In this document: in pieces, positions 42,250 to 56,135 of the stretch
How the letters are laid out: each line of letters begins with the position of its first letter
How positions within the stretch are numbered: the first letter of the stretch is position 1
Assembly: GCA_973895155.1 (NCBI GenBank)
Contig: OZ316894.1
Location: 19,692,805-19,756,804, forward strand
Origin: Marsupella aquatica
Taxonomy: Eukaryota; Plantae; Marchantiophyta
Direction of reading: 5' to 3'
Length of the DNA: 64,000 bases
Notes under the pieces: model-generated
Databases searched by the model: none
The model's input: the letters and a program-made list of their open reading frames with translations, nothing else
Told to the model about the DNA's origin: nothing
Translations under genes and position numbers: made by a program

Positions 42250-44168
42250 AAGGATCTGGAAGAGCAGATTTTCCTTGGAACACACTTAGGGTTGATTTCG
42301 TTTGCCAGGACAAATCGAGTCCGAGGAGATTTATGCTGTGGACTGGCGGTGCACATGTGACCTTCGTGAGTGAAGTCTCAGTGGTGATCCCGGCTGATTG
42401 TAGATGTGAATTTGAGTTCTGATGTGCTTTGGGAATCTTCAATGCGAGGAAAACGATTTCGGTGGAAAGATTTGAGATCAAGTAGACCTAGTGGCATTTT
42501 CTCAACTATGAAGACTATGTCCCTGTTTATCCCAAGGAATCCTCATGGGGTTCTATGTCACTTGTAGGAAGCCAAAGTAATTAGAGTTGGATCCACCCTT
42601 AATGCCCTATCATTAGTGGCGCCTGTCTCGACCCAGTCTCGACCTTTCCTCGACTTTGCAAGTTGATTAATATTCTAAAAGCAGTGAATAGAGAAAAGTG
42701 AATTTCTGAAGGTGATCATGCAGTGCGAAAAAGCCACGCAAGAAATCGCTTCGAGAATTCGAAGCGCAATGGACAGGGTTCATAAAGTGTGGTAAAGAAC
42801 TAACAATGTCCTAGCAAGAAGACATCGTGCAAGAAAGTGGAGTTGTCTACACCCTAATTACACAAGTAATCAACTTTAGAATAAAATCCCTGCTGTAGAA
42901 CGGCCATTTATCATTAATAGAACAGAAATTTCAACAACCAGGATGTATTGTTAATCGTCTGAGCCAGATTTCAACGCCATCAAAAAAGATCCTTAACATG
43001 GAAACAACAGAAACACGGAAACAGAAAACGTCCAAATATGAAACAGACACTTGTTAGTGACACCTGCGTCAAAGCTTTAACAAAATATACTTTCTCTACA
43101 AAGTCACTGAGTTAAGAGTCACGGAGCTATTCATGCTCTACATGAGCAATATAGGAAAGTGAGTATGATTGTACAAGTTGGAAAGCAACCCTGCGCAGAC
43201 AAAGACGCTTTAGAGGTTCAGGAAAAGGCTCCATGTGAAACCTAAGCAAGTCATCCTTTTCTCCGCGTGGTCATCGACGCAACTGATCTTACTTCTAGGT
43301 GTCGCGAAGAGCTGGATGGTCTTCAATACACAAAAGAAATCTCAATCTGAAACTCATTTAAATAACCAGTTCCAAGTTCGAGATTTCAATTTTCCCTATT
43401 GAAGACTATCCAGCTCTCCTCAAAATGAAATCTCAAACTTAAAAGCCTCTTGGTGTTTAGAGATGCCCCTAACCATCAGAACAGTAGCTTTGACAACAAA
43501 AATGTCCAAAATTCATGATATCACAACAACAATGGAAGACCCTCAGATCACTAAAATAAACTTTAAACCGTGATCTACATGCACGGCGACATAAAAATTG
43601 CTTCGACAGAAAGAGCATCTGGGGGGATTCCAAAATTAAAATCCATCAAATCCGCTCACAACATTACGCTCCATTGGAACTACGACTGTAGCAATTTGAA
43701 GAAGGAATTCTAATCACGCGATCGAAAGCCAATAATCTCTCCCCAATAAACAAGAAATCGGGAAAGAAGGTTTCCAAAGTCTCGGCCCAAAATGAAAGAT
43801 CCTTACATGTTTGACAAACAGTAAAAAACTCTGAGAAGCTTGCTGGAAACTTGCCCTAACTAACAAGACCCACCCTCCATTCACCGAAGAAAGACGAACA
43901 TTTCGGGAGAATGTCCCTTATAGGTTACTCCGTTCTAAACCCTAACCCATCCACACCGTTACAGTCATCCATTCAAAAGAACAAATGCGAGAGGATGGTG
44001 AGACTCTACCCACGGAACAAGCAACAGTCTTCTGTCAACGACACAGAAATTGACCAGAAAGCTGAGCATAACACGCTCACCCACAAAATTGATCGAATAT
44101 TGTCGTGGGAGGGGCCTGAGAAGTGAGGCACAGACGTACCCTCGTCGGTAGGTTGTCCCCCACCATAT

Positions 44169-44300
44169 CTACTTCTTATTCTGGTCCTTCTTTTCATGGC
44201 CTCCTGGCTCGTGAGCCACGAAGTACGCAGTGAGGATCACTGCGGGCAGCACCACATACTCGGCAAACGTCGACAGCTTTGCGAGCAGAGGGCGAGACAT
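44169..44300 (-). CDS. Candidate 43-aa single-pass membrane micropeptide
   Basis: MSRPLLAKLSTFAEYVVLPAVILTAYFVAHEPGGHEKKDQNKK. TATA-like TTTATAAA at ~44435 and site II at ~44530 upstream; GTACG donor ~30 nt after the stop. Confidence 0.55.
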   Translation of the reverse strand: MSRPLLAKLSTFAEYVVLPAVILTAYFVAHEPGGHEKKDQNKK

Positions 44301-44742
44301 TGGTCCTGACTTCGAGGACACCTTCGGCAGCTTCAATTCTTGTGTGCAAATGAACGGAAATTTGGTGCTCCTTGCGTTTCCCTTGCTTTCTCCCCCTTGT
44401 TGTCTCGTGTCTCCCATTTCGAGCCTTTTTTTTATAAATAATTTGGAGTAATATTACTATCCGAAAATCAAACACTATGATATTGAATACCTCACAATTT
44501 TGCAAACAGTCTGGTTACAAATGGTCATCTGGCCCAAGGAAATCCAGGCCTTTTGTTTACTCTTTTTTTGGGTCACCATTCCATAGGCCAAAAAACACCT
44601 CCATGTGAGCCCTCCTGCCTCTGCCTTGCCCTCCATGGTTTGCCCTGGCCCGCTCAGCATGGCCCTGCATGCCTTGCCTCACCCTCTCCCTCTCCCTCAC
44701 TACTTGTGCAATGCACCCACAATTGGCTTGTTTAACTATATA

Positions 44743-45013
44743 TCTTATATATAAAGTGCAAAGGGAAGCTAGAGTTAAGGTCTAGGCTTCTAGAGTGAAA
44801 CCACTAGACCATGACTCTAGGGCCCCCCATAATATATGTGCATAGAAAGGATGATGTTTTGATATGTATGATTGTTAAAATGATGGGGCCAGACATGATA
44901 GCTTTTTAATCATTTCATTAATCTTCAAAGAATTGAAATAGTAAATACATTTTGTTGACACTTGTATTGTCCTTTCCTCTATTCACTTTCAAAGAAGGGG
45001 TAATCAGGGCTAG
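44743..45013 (+). mobile_element. Short non-autonomous Helitron-like element
   Basis: A|TCTTATATATAAAG ... GGGCTAG|T (TC...CTAG between A and T, no TSD), with homologous copies at 10570 and 13795-14170. Confidence 0.55.
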
Positions 45014-46795
45014 TGAATCACAATATACCTCTTAAGCCTACATGTCAACAGACAATCTAACTATGTAACCACAATCAAAGGCTACTCTTACGGCCTAAAG
45101 CCTGGATAATTATAGAACAATTTAACATCAATGTTGGAGGTGCTTAAAAAAAAGTTTACACGTCAGGGCGACTGCTATATTCAGGCCCTCAACTTGAATT
45201 GATGCTCTTGTTTTCTTCCGTCTATTGAGTCTCCAGCCTTCGGGACCCCGTCTCCTAGTTTGGCATGATGTATGATATACAAGTTGAATCCAGTTCCCTG
45301 TCTCCTACTTGGGCACTTACTTTGGCAGACTGATATATGACTTCAGGATGGATTCTGGGTAGCCAAAAATGGCTCTGAGTCAAGGTAATTACTATGAGAG
45401 TTTTTCTGGCAGCAAACCGCCTACATCAGAATCATTATTCACTCTATTGGGGTGTCATTCACCAGATTCGTAACAAACCAGAGTCCATTACTCCACAACC
45501 TGACAGTTCTCCTTAACTCTAAGGACATTTGACATCAGGAATAAATGTAGGCAAATGCAGAGTACTCTTTTGCATCTCCCTAAATCCAGGAAATTTACAG
45601 AGTACACTTAGCATCTCCTCCCTGAGACAGGTCTCACATCAGGAATAAATCTAAGAAGTTTACATATAGTCTTGCTAGCATCTCCTCCCTCACACAAGGT
45701 ACCACTCACCACACGGCAACTGTTTAGGAGTCTTACCTTGTCCACTACCATACAGAAGACTCCCGTTACTACCTAACAACTTTTGATCCATGCCCCGAGT
45801 TCTATTTAGAGTAGCAAAAGCACTAGGATCTGAGAAGGCGTTGTCTCTTTTTTCTTTCCTCTCATTGTCCTTTGTTTTTCCCTCTATTATGGTTCCTTGT
45901 CCTTTACTGTAGGAGCTACACAGGCTCTGTACTGAGGTGAGAGATTTTGCCATGGACAAGGCATTCACACTTAGCTAAAACGACTTTCTTTCTCGTGGAG
46001 AAATATTTTGTTATGGGTAAAGCATTTCACGTTTTCTGGACACAGCTAAGAAATTGCAGGCAAGAATCGAAGTAAATTAAGGGGATTCTGACTCAGTCTG
46101 GGCAAAGAGTTGAGAAATTTCAAGAATGAACCAAAGTGAATTACTGCTTTCTCTACCAAGAGATGTCCAAAATGAAAGGCCTCGGGCACTTATTTAGGGG
46201 AACTTTACCCTGACAAAAAATGACAATTGATTTGGGGCCAACTCACATCCACGACCATCCACAAATTCACAGCAGGTGCCGGTAGTAACGGACTATAGAT
46301 GACCATTTCATAAGCAAAAATCCCCCAGAAAGGGATTGAACACAAACATCAGATGACGCAGGAAGCCTTTTATTGACTTCCAATGATGCTCCAGGGCCAG
46401 TCCTCTTGCAATAATGAAACCTCTCCAAGCCGTGTAGGGCCAGTACTCTTGCTTTATTCATCAAAGAGCAGGCTCGGACCAAACAATGAATACTAATAAA
46501 CATTAACTGGCTAATTACCATTACAAAGGGGTTATGTACTGTCAATAAGTAGCAGTCTCAGGGCATGCCTCCAGAAGTCCACCATTTGCGTGTGATCACA
46601 AATACTGCTTTGGTCAATCAGGTGGCTTGACTCCACCAACGTTTCCCATCGTGAAATTGAGCTACCAGTACGCTTCCGATCATAAAATCTTGGGTACAAA
46701 GCCTCGACTTTCTTGAAGGTAGCGTGTTAGCAGATGTGATGCCTCCAGAGTTCCACTATTTGAATATATATTCACACAATGGTTGCTTGAAGCAG

Positions 46796-49700
46796 TCACA
46801 GGTGAGCGCCATTACCATTTGTTGCAACCCCATTACTGGTGGGTGTAACAGTAGGCTTTCTAGCATAAGATCTTCGGTACTTGGCATCCACTTTAGTAAG
46901 GTAGTATGTTCCTGGTCGCAAGATGTCACTGCTGCTAGCAGGCACATAATCTTTTGCACCGTATCGACTTTCACCGAGGTGCATGGCTTTCACAAACTGC
47001 GCTGGTGGAACCTGAAGACAGATAGAAAAGGGCTAAGCTCTATGAAACGAAATTGATACAACTTTTGCCACCTTCCCAAAATGTTGGCATCACACTAGGA
47101 AACCTAATTTACTGCATTTGATTTAGAACCTATACACTTCCGAAGTGAGGACTGCTTTATACATAAGGCCTGGACAATTCATCCCCTGCCACTTACATCC
47201 GGATTATTGCCCATATTTATGACTTGACCCAGAGAAACTGCATACATCAAAGGGCCGAAAACTTGGGTACACACACTACGGTAGAGAGTAATTCGTGAAA
47301 CAGAGAGGGTAGACTTTTGTGAAGGAAAGAAAGGTACCGCAATTGTCGCCTTCAACAGTTCAGCGACGTTCAGTGCTTTAGCGACCGCTGCTAAACTGAA
47401 AGGAGTTTGGCCTTGGTTCACCTTGAACGACATCAAGCTGGAGGCGAGTCCACTTCCATAAGAGAATAGCAGTATCCGTTTGCCAGCCTGCCAATTCAAT
47501 TCCATAATTCCACATAAGAACATCTGCCATTTTTTAACATTGTCCTGGGATTCTTTCATGTTCAATGCAAGCAACAATCTATCAGTGTTGGGAATTACTT
47601 TCAGAAATTTGCAGAAGCAGACCTTTATGCAATATGACCATTCGCAGCATATCTGAAAACTTAAAGTTAATAGTACAATGTGTACCAGAACCCAGTCTAG
47701 CAGACCTGCAGTAATTGTATGCAAAGATTGATTGGCTAAACGTACCAACTCATCCGATTTATTGTGCAGCAGCGACACCAAGCCCGCATACACTGATGCA
47801 CAATACATATTGCCAACCTTCTTGGGCAATAAAGCAGCGGGTAACACCTTCAACTCATATTGTGCCTTAGCCAATTGTTGAGATATCTTCGGTCAAGCAA
47901 CACAGGAAACAAAATTCATCAGTGTTTCGTCTCAAAAGTGAATCCTTGATTTGCTGGCGAAACAACAGGTCCAGAAATTTCACAACTCAAGCAAGCACTG
48001 ACAGGGGAAGTGAGCTTCACCAGAACAGTGTATACACAGGACAAAGAGTGAATCACCTTTTCGAGGTCCCGATTTACAAGGCTGTCCTCTTGCGAAAGAT
48101 CGGCATAAGGCTGCAACTTCGTTACTGCCTCCTCGCTTACCAAACTACATTCGCAAAAAGAGTTATATCAACAATGGCGAACGTCCCATCGAGTACGGCT
48201 ATACAGTGGCATGACCTCCGCAGGCAACGTACAATATCTTTCACAATCACCTGGGAGCAACTGAAGGTCACAAAATTGTTCCAAGCCAGTTATTAACTGC
48301 TACCAGAGCTCGCATGAGCGAAGAGCGAAGTGAAGGGATAAAACCTTGGACTTTGTAAAAAGTCATTATAGAGGAGTCGACCAAAGCTTTTTTGCACCAG
48401 CTGTTGGAAGACGACAGGTACCCCAGATGAGACGAAGCACCAAGTACTGTGAACTCAAAGTAGCTTTAAAACCTAATTGAATACATTCGTAATATGGGAG
48501 GTTCGAGACTGTACACACGGCATGGTCTCTACGCACCCCTTGCACATACAGAACTCAGAAAGAATTGGGACTAGTAACTTCAAATATAACGTGCTAAGCA
48601 GGACGATGAAGCGAACCAAATGAAAAGCCTTGATACCGTTACAACCCTCTGAATTGCTGTGAAAACGCAACTGCCACAACTGGAACGCACCTTGTTATAT
48701 GGAGAATGACACACGAAATAATCTGCGTCTGACAGAGAGAATTGACTGCTTTCCTTTTTCTCATATCTGCGTACCATGCAGTTGTCATATTAGAATAACA
48801 GCGGCGAAAACAATTCTTGGTGTAGCACGCAGTTACGACTCCACGATAGAATTTACGCACTTTAGGACCTCTTTGTGAACGACTGCGCATGAAGGGACTA
48901 CAGTACCAACTTACTTGGCAGCGAAACGCCGGTAGCACATGTCCAATGCATCCAAGAAGCATGATTGCGTAAGCTTTCCGTCAACAACCTGTTTTCAAGA
49001 GATCACCACTCTCAGAACTGGCAGAAGCCATTACCAACTACATAACCTTCGAGGACATTGTATGGTTATGACAAATAGTAGCTATGAATCACAAGGAAGG
49101 GACAATTTCGACGATGGAAGAAAAGAATCTCGGCATTCCAGCACCCGATACTGAGAAATCCACGAAAAAACACGCAGACATTCGCTAAAGCTCTCCCGAG
49201 AACATGACTCACCGGGTATTCGCTTGGTAAATCTGGCTTGTAGAAATCGTACACATGTGACATGTGAGTCGCCGTGAAGCTGCGCTCCATAGAAATTGGA
49301 GCATTGGGTCCAATCAGCATTGCCACAGCTCCTGCCCCACCAGTAGGCCGGGCCGGACCCTCAGCATAGACCTGCAATTATGGGAGGTTCAGATTCTGTG
49401 TAAGTTGTGGGAACCATATGCTATCAACCCTATACGAATTGCATAATCTCAGTTGGTAGAAACCATCACAAACTTTAGCTGCAGAACGCTGTATTCCAGT
49501 ATTTGCCAGCCTGTGCTAATTTGAACCTATGCCATGGAGACTAGGAAGAATTTTACCGCAATATCTGCGGCGACAACCAGCGCGAATCGTCCATCCCAGC
49601 TTGTGCTCTCTACCCAGTTCAAGCAGTTCAGCAAAGCCGCAGTACCTCCATAGCAAGCATTGGTCGAATCAACCCCTTCAATGTCCCCGTTGCCGCTTTC

Positions 49701-51317
49701 CTAATCAATTGCACAGAGTAATTAAATCTTGAGACGGAAACTTCTTGGCACGCAATGTGTTCCAATCGGCGAGTTAACGAAAGCAAATCGTGGCCCAAGT
49801 AGAACTAATTTCAACCTGCCCTTCACATAATTTCCTAATTGGTCATTTACTTCGGATAAGGTGTTTTGGAGTGTATGAGAGACGCCGGGCATAGACCACC
49901 AAAGATCCCCGAAAACAAGACTCAGTACAAAATTGTGTGTACTCAACCTTTGAACAACCCAAAACAATTGAAACGGACCCTGTAATCAAAGACAAAGCAG
50001 AGGTCCTTGAGCACACCTCAAAAAGCTGCATAAGGTTGGTCTTGATAGCCTTGCTCTTGTCTATTACTGTCTCGCTGCCGACTTCAAGACGACCTATAGA
50101 CTGCGGTGAAATTGAAAACTTCTCCAGCAGCGATTTCACCACCGTCAAACTGTTTCCAGGCACATTCACTTTAGGTTCAGGAGATGAAGTCTGCTGGCAA
50201 ACTGTATGTGTTTTCCAATCTTAGATCACAAAGTCTAACACCTCAACTATCGACATTAAAACTTGACCGGAAATTGGAAGAGGGCACAAACAACAATCGA
50301 TATCGCCAAGAAGCACTCAATGCATAGGTACATCTATATGGAAACATGAAAACACAGTAGAGTACTGGAGGACGAGCTGGTGCGGAAGAGAACTTTGGCC
50401 TTGTAGGGTTTGTAAGTCAGTGGAGAGCGCTGAGGAATGCAATCTCTTCACAACAGCAAAAAGATTGGTCAAGAGGCTTCAGAAAACAATTCCAAGGATA
50501 TCGTCGAAATGACTGTGACGCAGAGCTTTTATGTCTTTGAAGGCAGGTGGCAGCAGAGTGAGGAGGATGTCAAGGTGAGGCAGAAAGAGCGGACAGCTAG
50601 AAATTGGGCTGGTAAGTGAAAACGGTACGGGGAAGAAGGCATGAAACTTGATTTACGGATTTACTGAAGGTGCTGAAAATCCATTGGGAGATTTCTGCAT
50701 GAAGGACAGGACTAGCCTTAACTATCAGTTTCAGAAACAGTGTTAATAAAAAGCTTTCACTCCCTCTGTTCTGAATTCACATTATGCTTCTTCTCTTTCA
50801 CATTACCGCCCTGCATAATGGCCTTAGACAAAACCAACCTCAGAGAAACAACGTCCTCCACATCTGTGCAGAAGCTCAGGGACTCCTGCCCTAGGCCAAT
50901 CGTGTATTTCCCTTTGCTTACACCATCAAAATCCTCGAGCTCGTCCTGTAAGCCACGAAGAAGGATCACTTTCGAGCCACTACTACTGTACCAATTCAGA
51001 GCGTTCAAAGGCTAGAAAATTTGCGGCCCACCGGATTCATCCAAGTCAGATACAAACTGTACATTCAACAGCAGGTACTGACTGAATCTGTATCAAACGC
51101 TTATTCTCAAATCTTCGGGAATCTCTAACGCCTCTTCGGCAAGGCCAAGATCAATCTCGTCCAGGCTCTAGTAGCAAGCAAACACGGGGATGCAAATCTT
51201 GCCGGCGGGCACAAACCCGCTCGGCAAAGGGACGGTAATGATTACCTGGCGCACATACGACGGAGGGAAATACATATCCATCGCCAAAATCCCGACATTT
51301 TCTGGTCGCTTTGCCAT
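46796..51317 (-). CDS. HMGS: 3-hydroxy-3-methylglutaryl-CoA synthase (multi-exon)
   Basis: [124 protein letters not shown]. Confidence 0.97.
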
Positions 51318-53778
51318 GTTTCTCAGATTTCAGACACGCCCTTCTCAAACTTCAGACGCCCACAGCCTCGCCAGTCTCCACGCTCAAGAGATTTCTCTCC
51401 GATACGCCTCGCTTTGCTTAACAAGATACAGACACTAGCTGAGATCGTGCCCACCAGATAGACACTTCACGCCACAGTATGTCTTAACACACTTCGAAAA
51501 ATTGACTGTAGACAACTAATTTATTCGGACCCCGCCACGCTACCAGATCCCTCCGCACCAACCTGCCGACAGATTCTCCGCGCTACGTTGAGCACTGTCC
51601 GCCCGGCTGGAACGAGAGGTGGGCACACACACACAGCGTCAAACAAAACTGACCATCCCACAATTTCAGCCGAGTGGGAAGACGGTTTCCTCTCTCCGCC
51701 TCTACTTTACTCATTGCAAAGCCTCTTCCTCTGCTCTTCTTCTCATCATCCGCAGCGAGAGTCAACTTCACAGACAACGGCGAGACCGGCATCACCGACT
51801 TCGGCACAGATGCCATGCACCCAATTCTTGCTGCTGTCACTGCTCTCGTTTTCTCTCACTCTCTCTCTCTCTCGTCTCCATTCTCGACCCTCGTTCTTTG
51901 GATTCACACCACAATTCAAACGTTCTTCCTTCGTTTCCTGAGGGGGTTCCCCACACGACAAGTCTACCAAGTTTAGGTACAGTACCTACCACTGCTGCGC
52001 CCCTCATGCTAGGGCCCTACCTCTGCAGTAGGTACAGTACTGTGAGCTCGCTCTCAGAGCAGTTCCGTACCACCAGACATTCGAACTGGCAGGCCGGTAC
52101 CTGTTCTTCAGAGCTGTACCGGTACACCAGAGCCAACTACCCGTCCAGGATGATTTGTGTCAAATCCCCAAAGTAATAAGGTGTCGTTTTTTATGAGGAC
52201 TTGGGTGGCAGTTTTTTTCTGGTTGTTTTTCTATGTGTGAGATACAATCCTGGCCATTCAACTGTGGGAATAGGCCAGACTTCATTTTGCATGAACTTAG
52301 GGGCACAATAGGGCAGTGTCATTATTGATCCCAGTCACCTGTTAGTGGGCCCCGTTGTGGGTCTCTGCTTTTGCTGATGTGTCCATGTATTTTTTAGCAA
52401 ATACTTAAGACCATCTCTTGGTCCATTTATATTTGGGGTCTTGTTATCTTCAGATGGGGCAACCTCTTACATGGGCCTTTTAACTTGAGTGTAAGTAATG
52501 GACAGTAAACTGGCCCCCCTTTGGAATGGATGGAAAGACACTGCCCCATTGTCTTGTAATAAGCGCCCCCCCCCCCTAAGGATAGGCACTGGTTTACCAC
52601 TGCCATGCTGGTATCCACTTTGGGGGCTAAATTAGGAGTCTGAAACCTCCAGTTCAGCAAAAATTGAATGCTGCCAGAATGCCATGGGCCAGGTTGAGGG
52701 ATACAAATGTGGAGTTCCCCAAAGGTCTATCAGTGCACCTGAATTTGCACCAAAAACCACTCTGGCTCCTTTCAAATAAATAGACTATTTCAGAAAAATT
52801 GATGCTATTGATTCACGGGCAGGTGTTGTGACCGGTCTCAATCTGGATACCCCCAGGTTAAGTTTTCCAAGAAGTGGCTGACCAAAAGAAATGTGGGAAC
52901 AGCGGGTTTGAGATGCTCTATGGGAGGTCCACATTTCTTCATTTGGGGCCTCAATTGGAGGCCTCTGTCGCAAGAGGCTTCACAACAGCAAGACACGCCA
53001 GTGCTTGCCATTGGGGCTTGAATATGTGCTTGAGCGACTGTGAGGGAACGTGGTGTGAACGTGTGGCAGCACCTATGACGTAGATGCCTTTCGGCAGCCA
53101 TTTAAAAGAGCTTTGGCAACATGGAATTGTGGCCAAAACGACCGTCAGGAAACTAATTTTGGATTAGCTGGTGGGAGGTATGCCAATGAGAAGGGATCTA
53201 ATACATCTAATCTTCACCGTCAAATCTTCCAAGATTTAAAGAGCGCAGTTGGATGCAGCAACCATGGTCACTAATGAATAAGGAAGGCCAATACTTCCAT
53301 ACAATAAATCTTAATCTTATTCTCCCTATTGTACATCAAAACCTACAACAAGATTTCCCGCCCCTTTACAGTGCTCGTTTTACAAATCATAGTGTTTACG
53401 GTGCCAAAGGAAAAGAGAATCAAAGTGTTTTAGTTCCCGAATAAAAGAGGGAATCTATTTTCCCCGCCATATAAAGACGGAATGAATAATAAGGCAAAGA
53501 AGAAACGGTGGTAGGGGGGGCAAACGAGGATCCCATGCATGTGCTAGTAGCGAGGAATATCCTCCCCATCCATGTTCATGTGGAGAGGAGGAGGACTAAT
53601 GAGGTTGTGAGGTATCATAAATATCTCTCTGTGCAAGTCAATACTACATATTCTTATGAAATAATTTCTGTGAAACACTCATGGGTTGGGACCAAGTGCA
53701 GGCCAATAATATATTATTTCTATATAATACCAATTAGTTGGAGGCGAAGTGCAAGTGCAAGTGCAAGTCAATATGATA

Positions 53779-53890
53779 ATGAAAATAATTAGTCTGAACA
53801 CCAATGGGTTGAGGGCCAAACTACCTCTTGCCCAACAATATATTTTGCAAAACCTCATCTCATCTTTATCGATAAACACATCTTCTACAC
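53779..53890 (+). pseudogene. Decayed APE-endonuclease N-terminus of a LINE
   Basis: MKIISLNTNGLRAK, then frameshifted KPHLIFIDKH (cf. PDIIFLQETH). Confidence 0.45.
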
Positions 53891-54552
53891 ATTTATATTG
53901 TTTACTCATCTGCGTCTTTTCTGTAAACAACTAGTCTTGAGATATAAATTTGGCAAAATTCCCCACAGAACATTTACGCATTTATGGATAATGTATGTGT
54001 ACTCTTATAGAAGGTTTTACTTGTAAGTTTGTGTTTCAATGAGACCTCTACGCACTCAAAAACAGTGCAAAAGCATTTGTCCCCTTTGGAACTCTTTTTA
54101 TATAAATTTCCTTCATATTGTACTTTGTTTCACCCTGATTTATAAATTTTGCTGGAAGATTCCATTTAGAATGGAGAGGCATGAAAGGTCCACCTTGCAA
54201 TAAACTAGGGTTTGCACTCATATATTGTGCACTTAACAAGATATCGCTGCACTGTATGGAGCAGACTGCCTGACTACCCAACCCCAGTACAGAAGGTTTT
54301 TAAGGTTTTTTCTTCTCTGGCAAGGTGGGATATACCACCTTGTGTGAAGGAGAAGATATCACTGTAAGTATCTTCCTTATTTAATTCTACTACATTAAGT
54401 TTTGACAGTTTGGGGGTCTTTGGGTAGGTGGGAGTCTGACTAATAGAAGACAAAAAATTCGATTTAGCCAAAAGCGTCGATGTCTTTTGAGGCGAGGTGT
54501 AATATGGTGAATTTTTGCCATAAAAAAACAAAACGCTGAGGGGTTCCAGAGT

Positions 54553-54745
54553 CCAACCGAACCCCGTCTAGGACAAGGACTGGGTTTTGACTGAGCTTGA
54601 CCCAACCGAGCCCGAACCGACCCCACGGGACCTAGCGCCCTGTAGTTTTGCCAACCGAACCCGACAAGGACTAGGCCTGGTCCTTCACTGAGCGTGACCC
54701 AACCTGACCCGAACCGACCCCACCAGTCCTAGCGCACTGGAGCTT
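54553..54745. repeat. Direct repeat pair (~100 bp) rich in ccaaccga/ccgaaccgacc motifs
   Basis: ccaaccgaaccc..gacaaggact..ctgagc.tgaccc..ccgaaccgaccccac..cctagcgc occurs twice. Confidence 0.7.
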
Positions 54746-55859
54746 TGCAGTGGGCGGACATGACAAGGCGCACTACAGTCCAACATTTGTCCTGTACGCT
54801 TGGCATCGGCTTAGAATCTTTGTTGGATCGATGGCTGTGGTGAAAAGGCCCCCTGATATCTAATTTTGTGGGAGAATCGATGTTTTCCAGGGTTTGGTGT
54901 CTTGAACGGAGAGTAGAGAATAACGACGATGCAAACCGACATGAAACTGGACGCTATTCAGTAAGCCACGTAGGTCATTTATTGACGAGGCAGACTCGTC
55001 AGTAACAAGTCAGCTCATGCCTCATGGGAGAAGGGGTACATTCCAGTCTTCAATTACTTTTCTGGGGGTATCTACGATTTTTAATATTTTACATGCTGAT
55101 ATAGTATCCAATCCCTTTTTTTTTAAACCAATTTGATGGTTTTTTTTACGAGTTTTAGCATTTGAGTGGGAATAAATCCTTTCATCATAATTTGTTTTAT
55201 ACTGTCACTCTTCGTTCTATCAAAAACGCTTTTCTTCCTACTTGTCATGCACTTGACATCATCATTACCTTGGGCCCACTACTTGCCAGATTTGATTGGT
55301 ATATACCATATATGCCTGGGCACTTGAGTTCTTGCCAATCCAAGTGCAAGAGTTTCCACTCATGTAGCGAATCTTGGAACATGATTAGTAAAGAATGGTT
55401 GTCCTAAAAACTAGTTAGTCATTTTGTCTTCCCTTGGATTTAGGGCCAACTCGCATGTCGAGAGTCCTTCACAATACGGCCCTTTAGCCTGCAACATATC
55501 ATCATGAGACTTGATGATTGTGCAATCCCATAAGCCGCTCCTTCGGCAGGTCTGACTGCAGGTCTGGTGGGAACCCAAGGGCAAGGTCCGGAAACTTTCC
55601 GGCCCTTGCAGGTCCTGACCCATACTTTGCTAATAAAACAAACCTCAAACATGACACATGTGTTGCGCAATGGCTTTGACGGATTTACTGTGAACCCAGG
55701 ACGCACCTGCTCCTTATTCCTGGTATCCCCCCCTGCAAACGGCCTCAGCCCTGCATATGGCCGCTATGAGTACTTAACACCCCCTGCATATGACCACTTT
55801 GTTAAATAGGAGAGCAATCGACGTACATTTGAAGAGCACACCTTTCATTTGGGCAGCCA

Positions 55860-56135
55860 GAGCACAAGCACTGAGCAATCGGCAGTGTCCAACTGAAGCC
55901 AGTGAAAGGGAATTGAAGCACGTCTGTGCTCAACCGAGCATTGAGCAACAATCACGATCGACAGTCTTTGGGCAAGCAGAGAATGAGCGTTGAGCAATCA
56001 ACAGTGTCCAACTCAAGCAAGTCAAGGGGATCCAAGATACGTCTGTGCTCAACCGAGCATAGAGCAACAATTGACAGTGTTCAATTCGACCAAGTCACGT
56101 ACCAAGTTGAGGTATGTTTGTGCTCAATCTCCAAT
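55860..56135. repeat. Degenerate ~119 bp tandem repeats
   Basis: tgagcaatc..cagtgtccaact...cgtctgtgctcaaccgagcat.gagcaacaat occurs twice, plus a partial copy. Confidence 0.7.

Noticed and set aside
51583-52176. ORF cluster upstream of HMGS
   Set aside because: Overlaps the GA-rich HMGS leader/promoter; no protein motifs.
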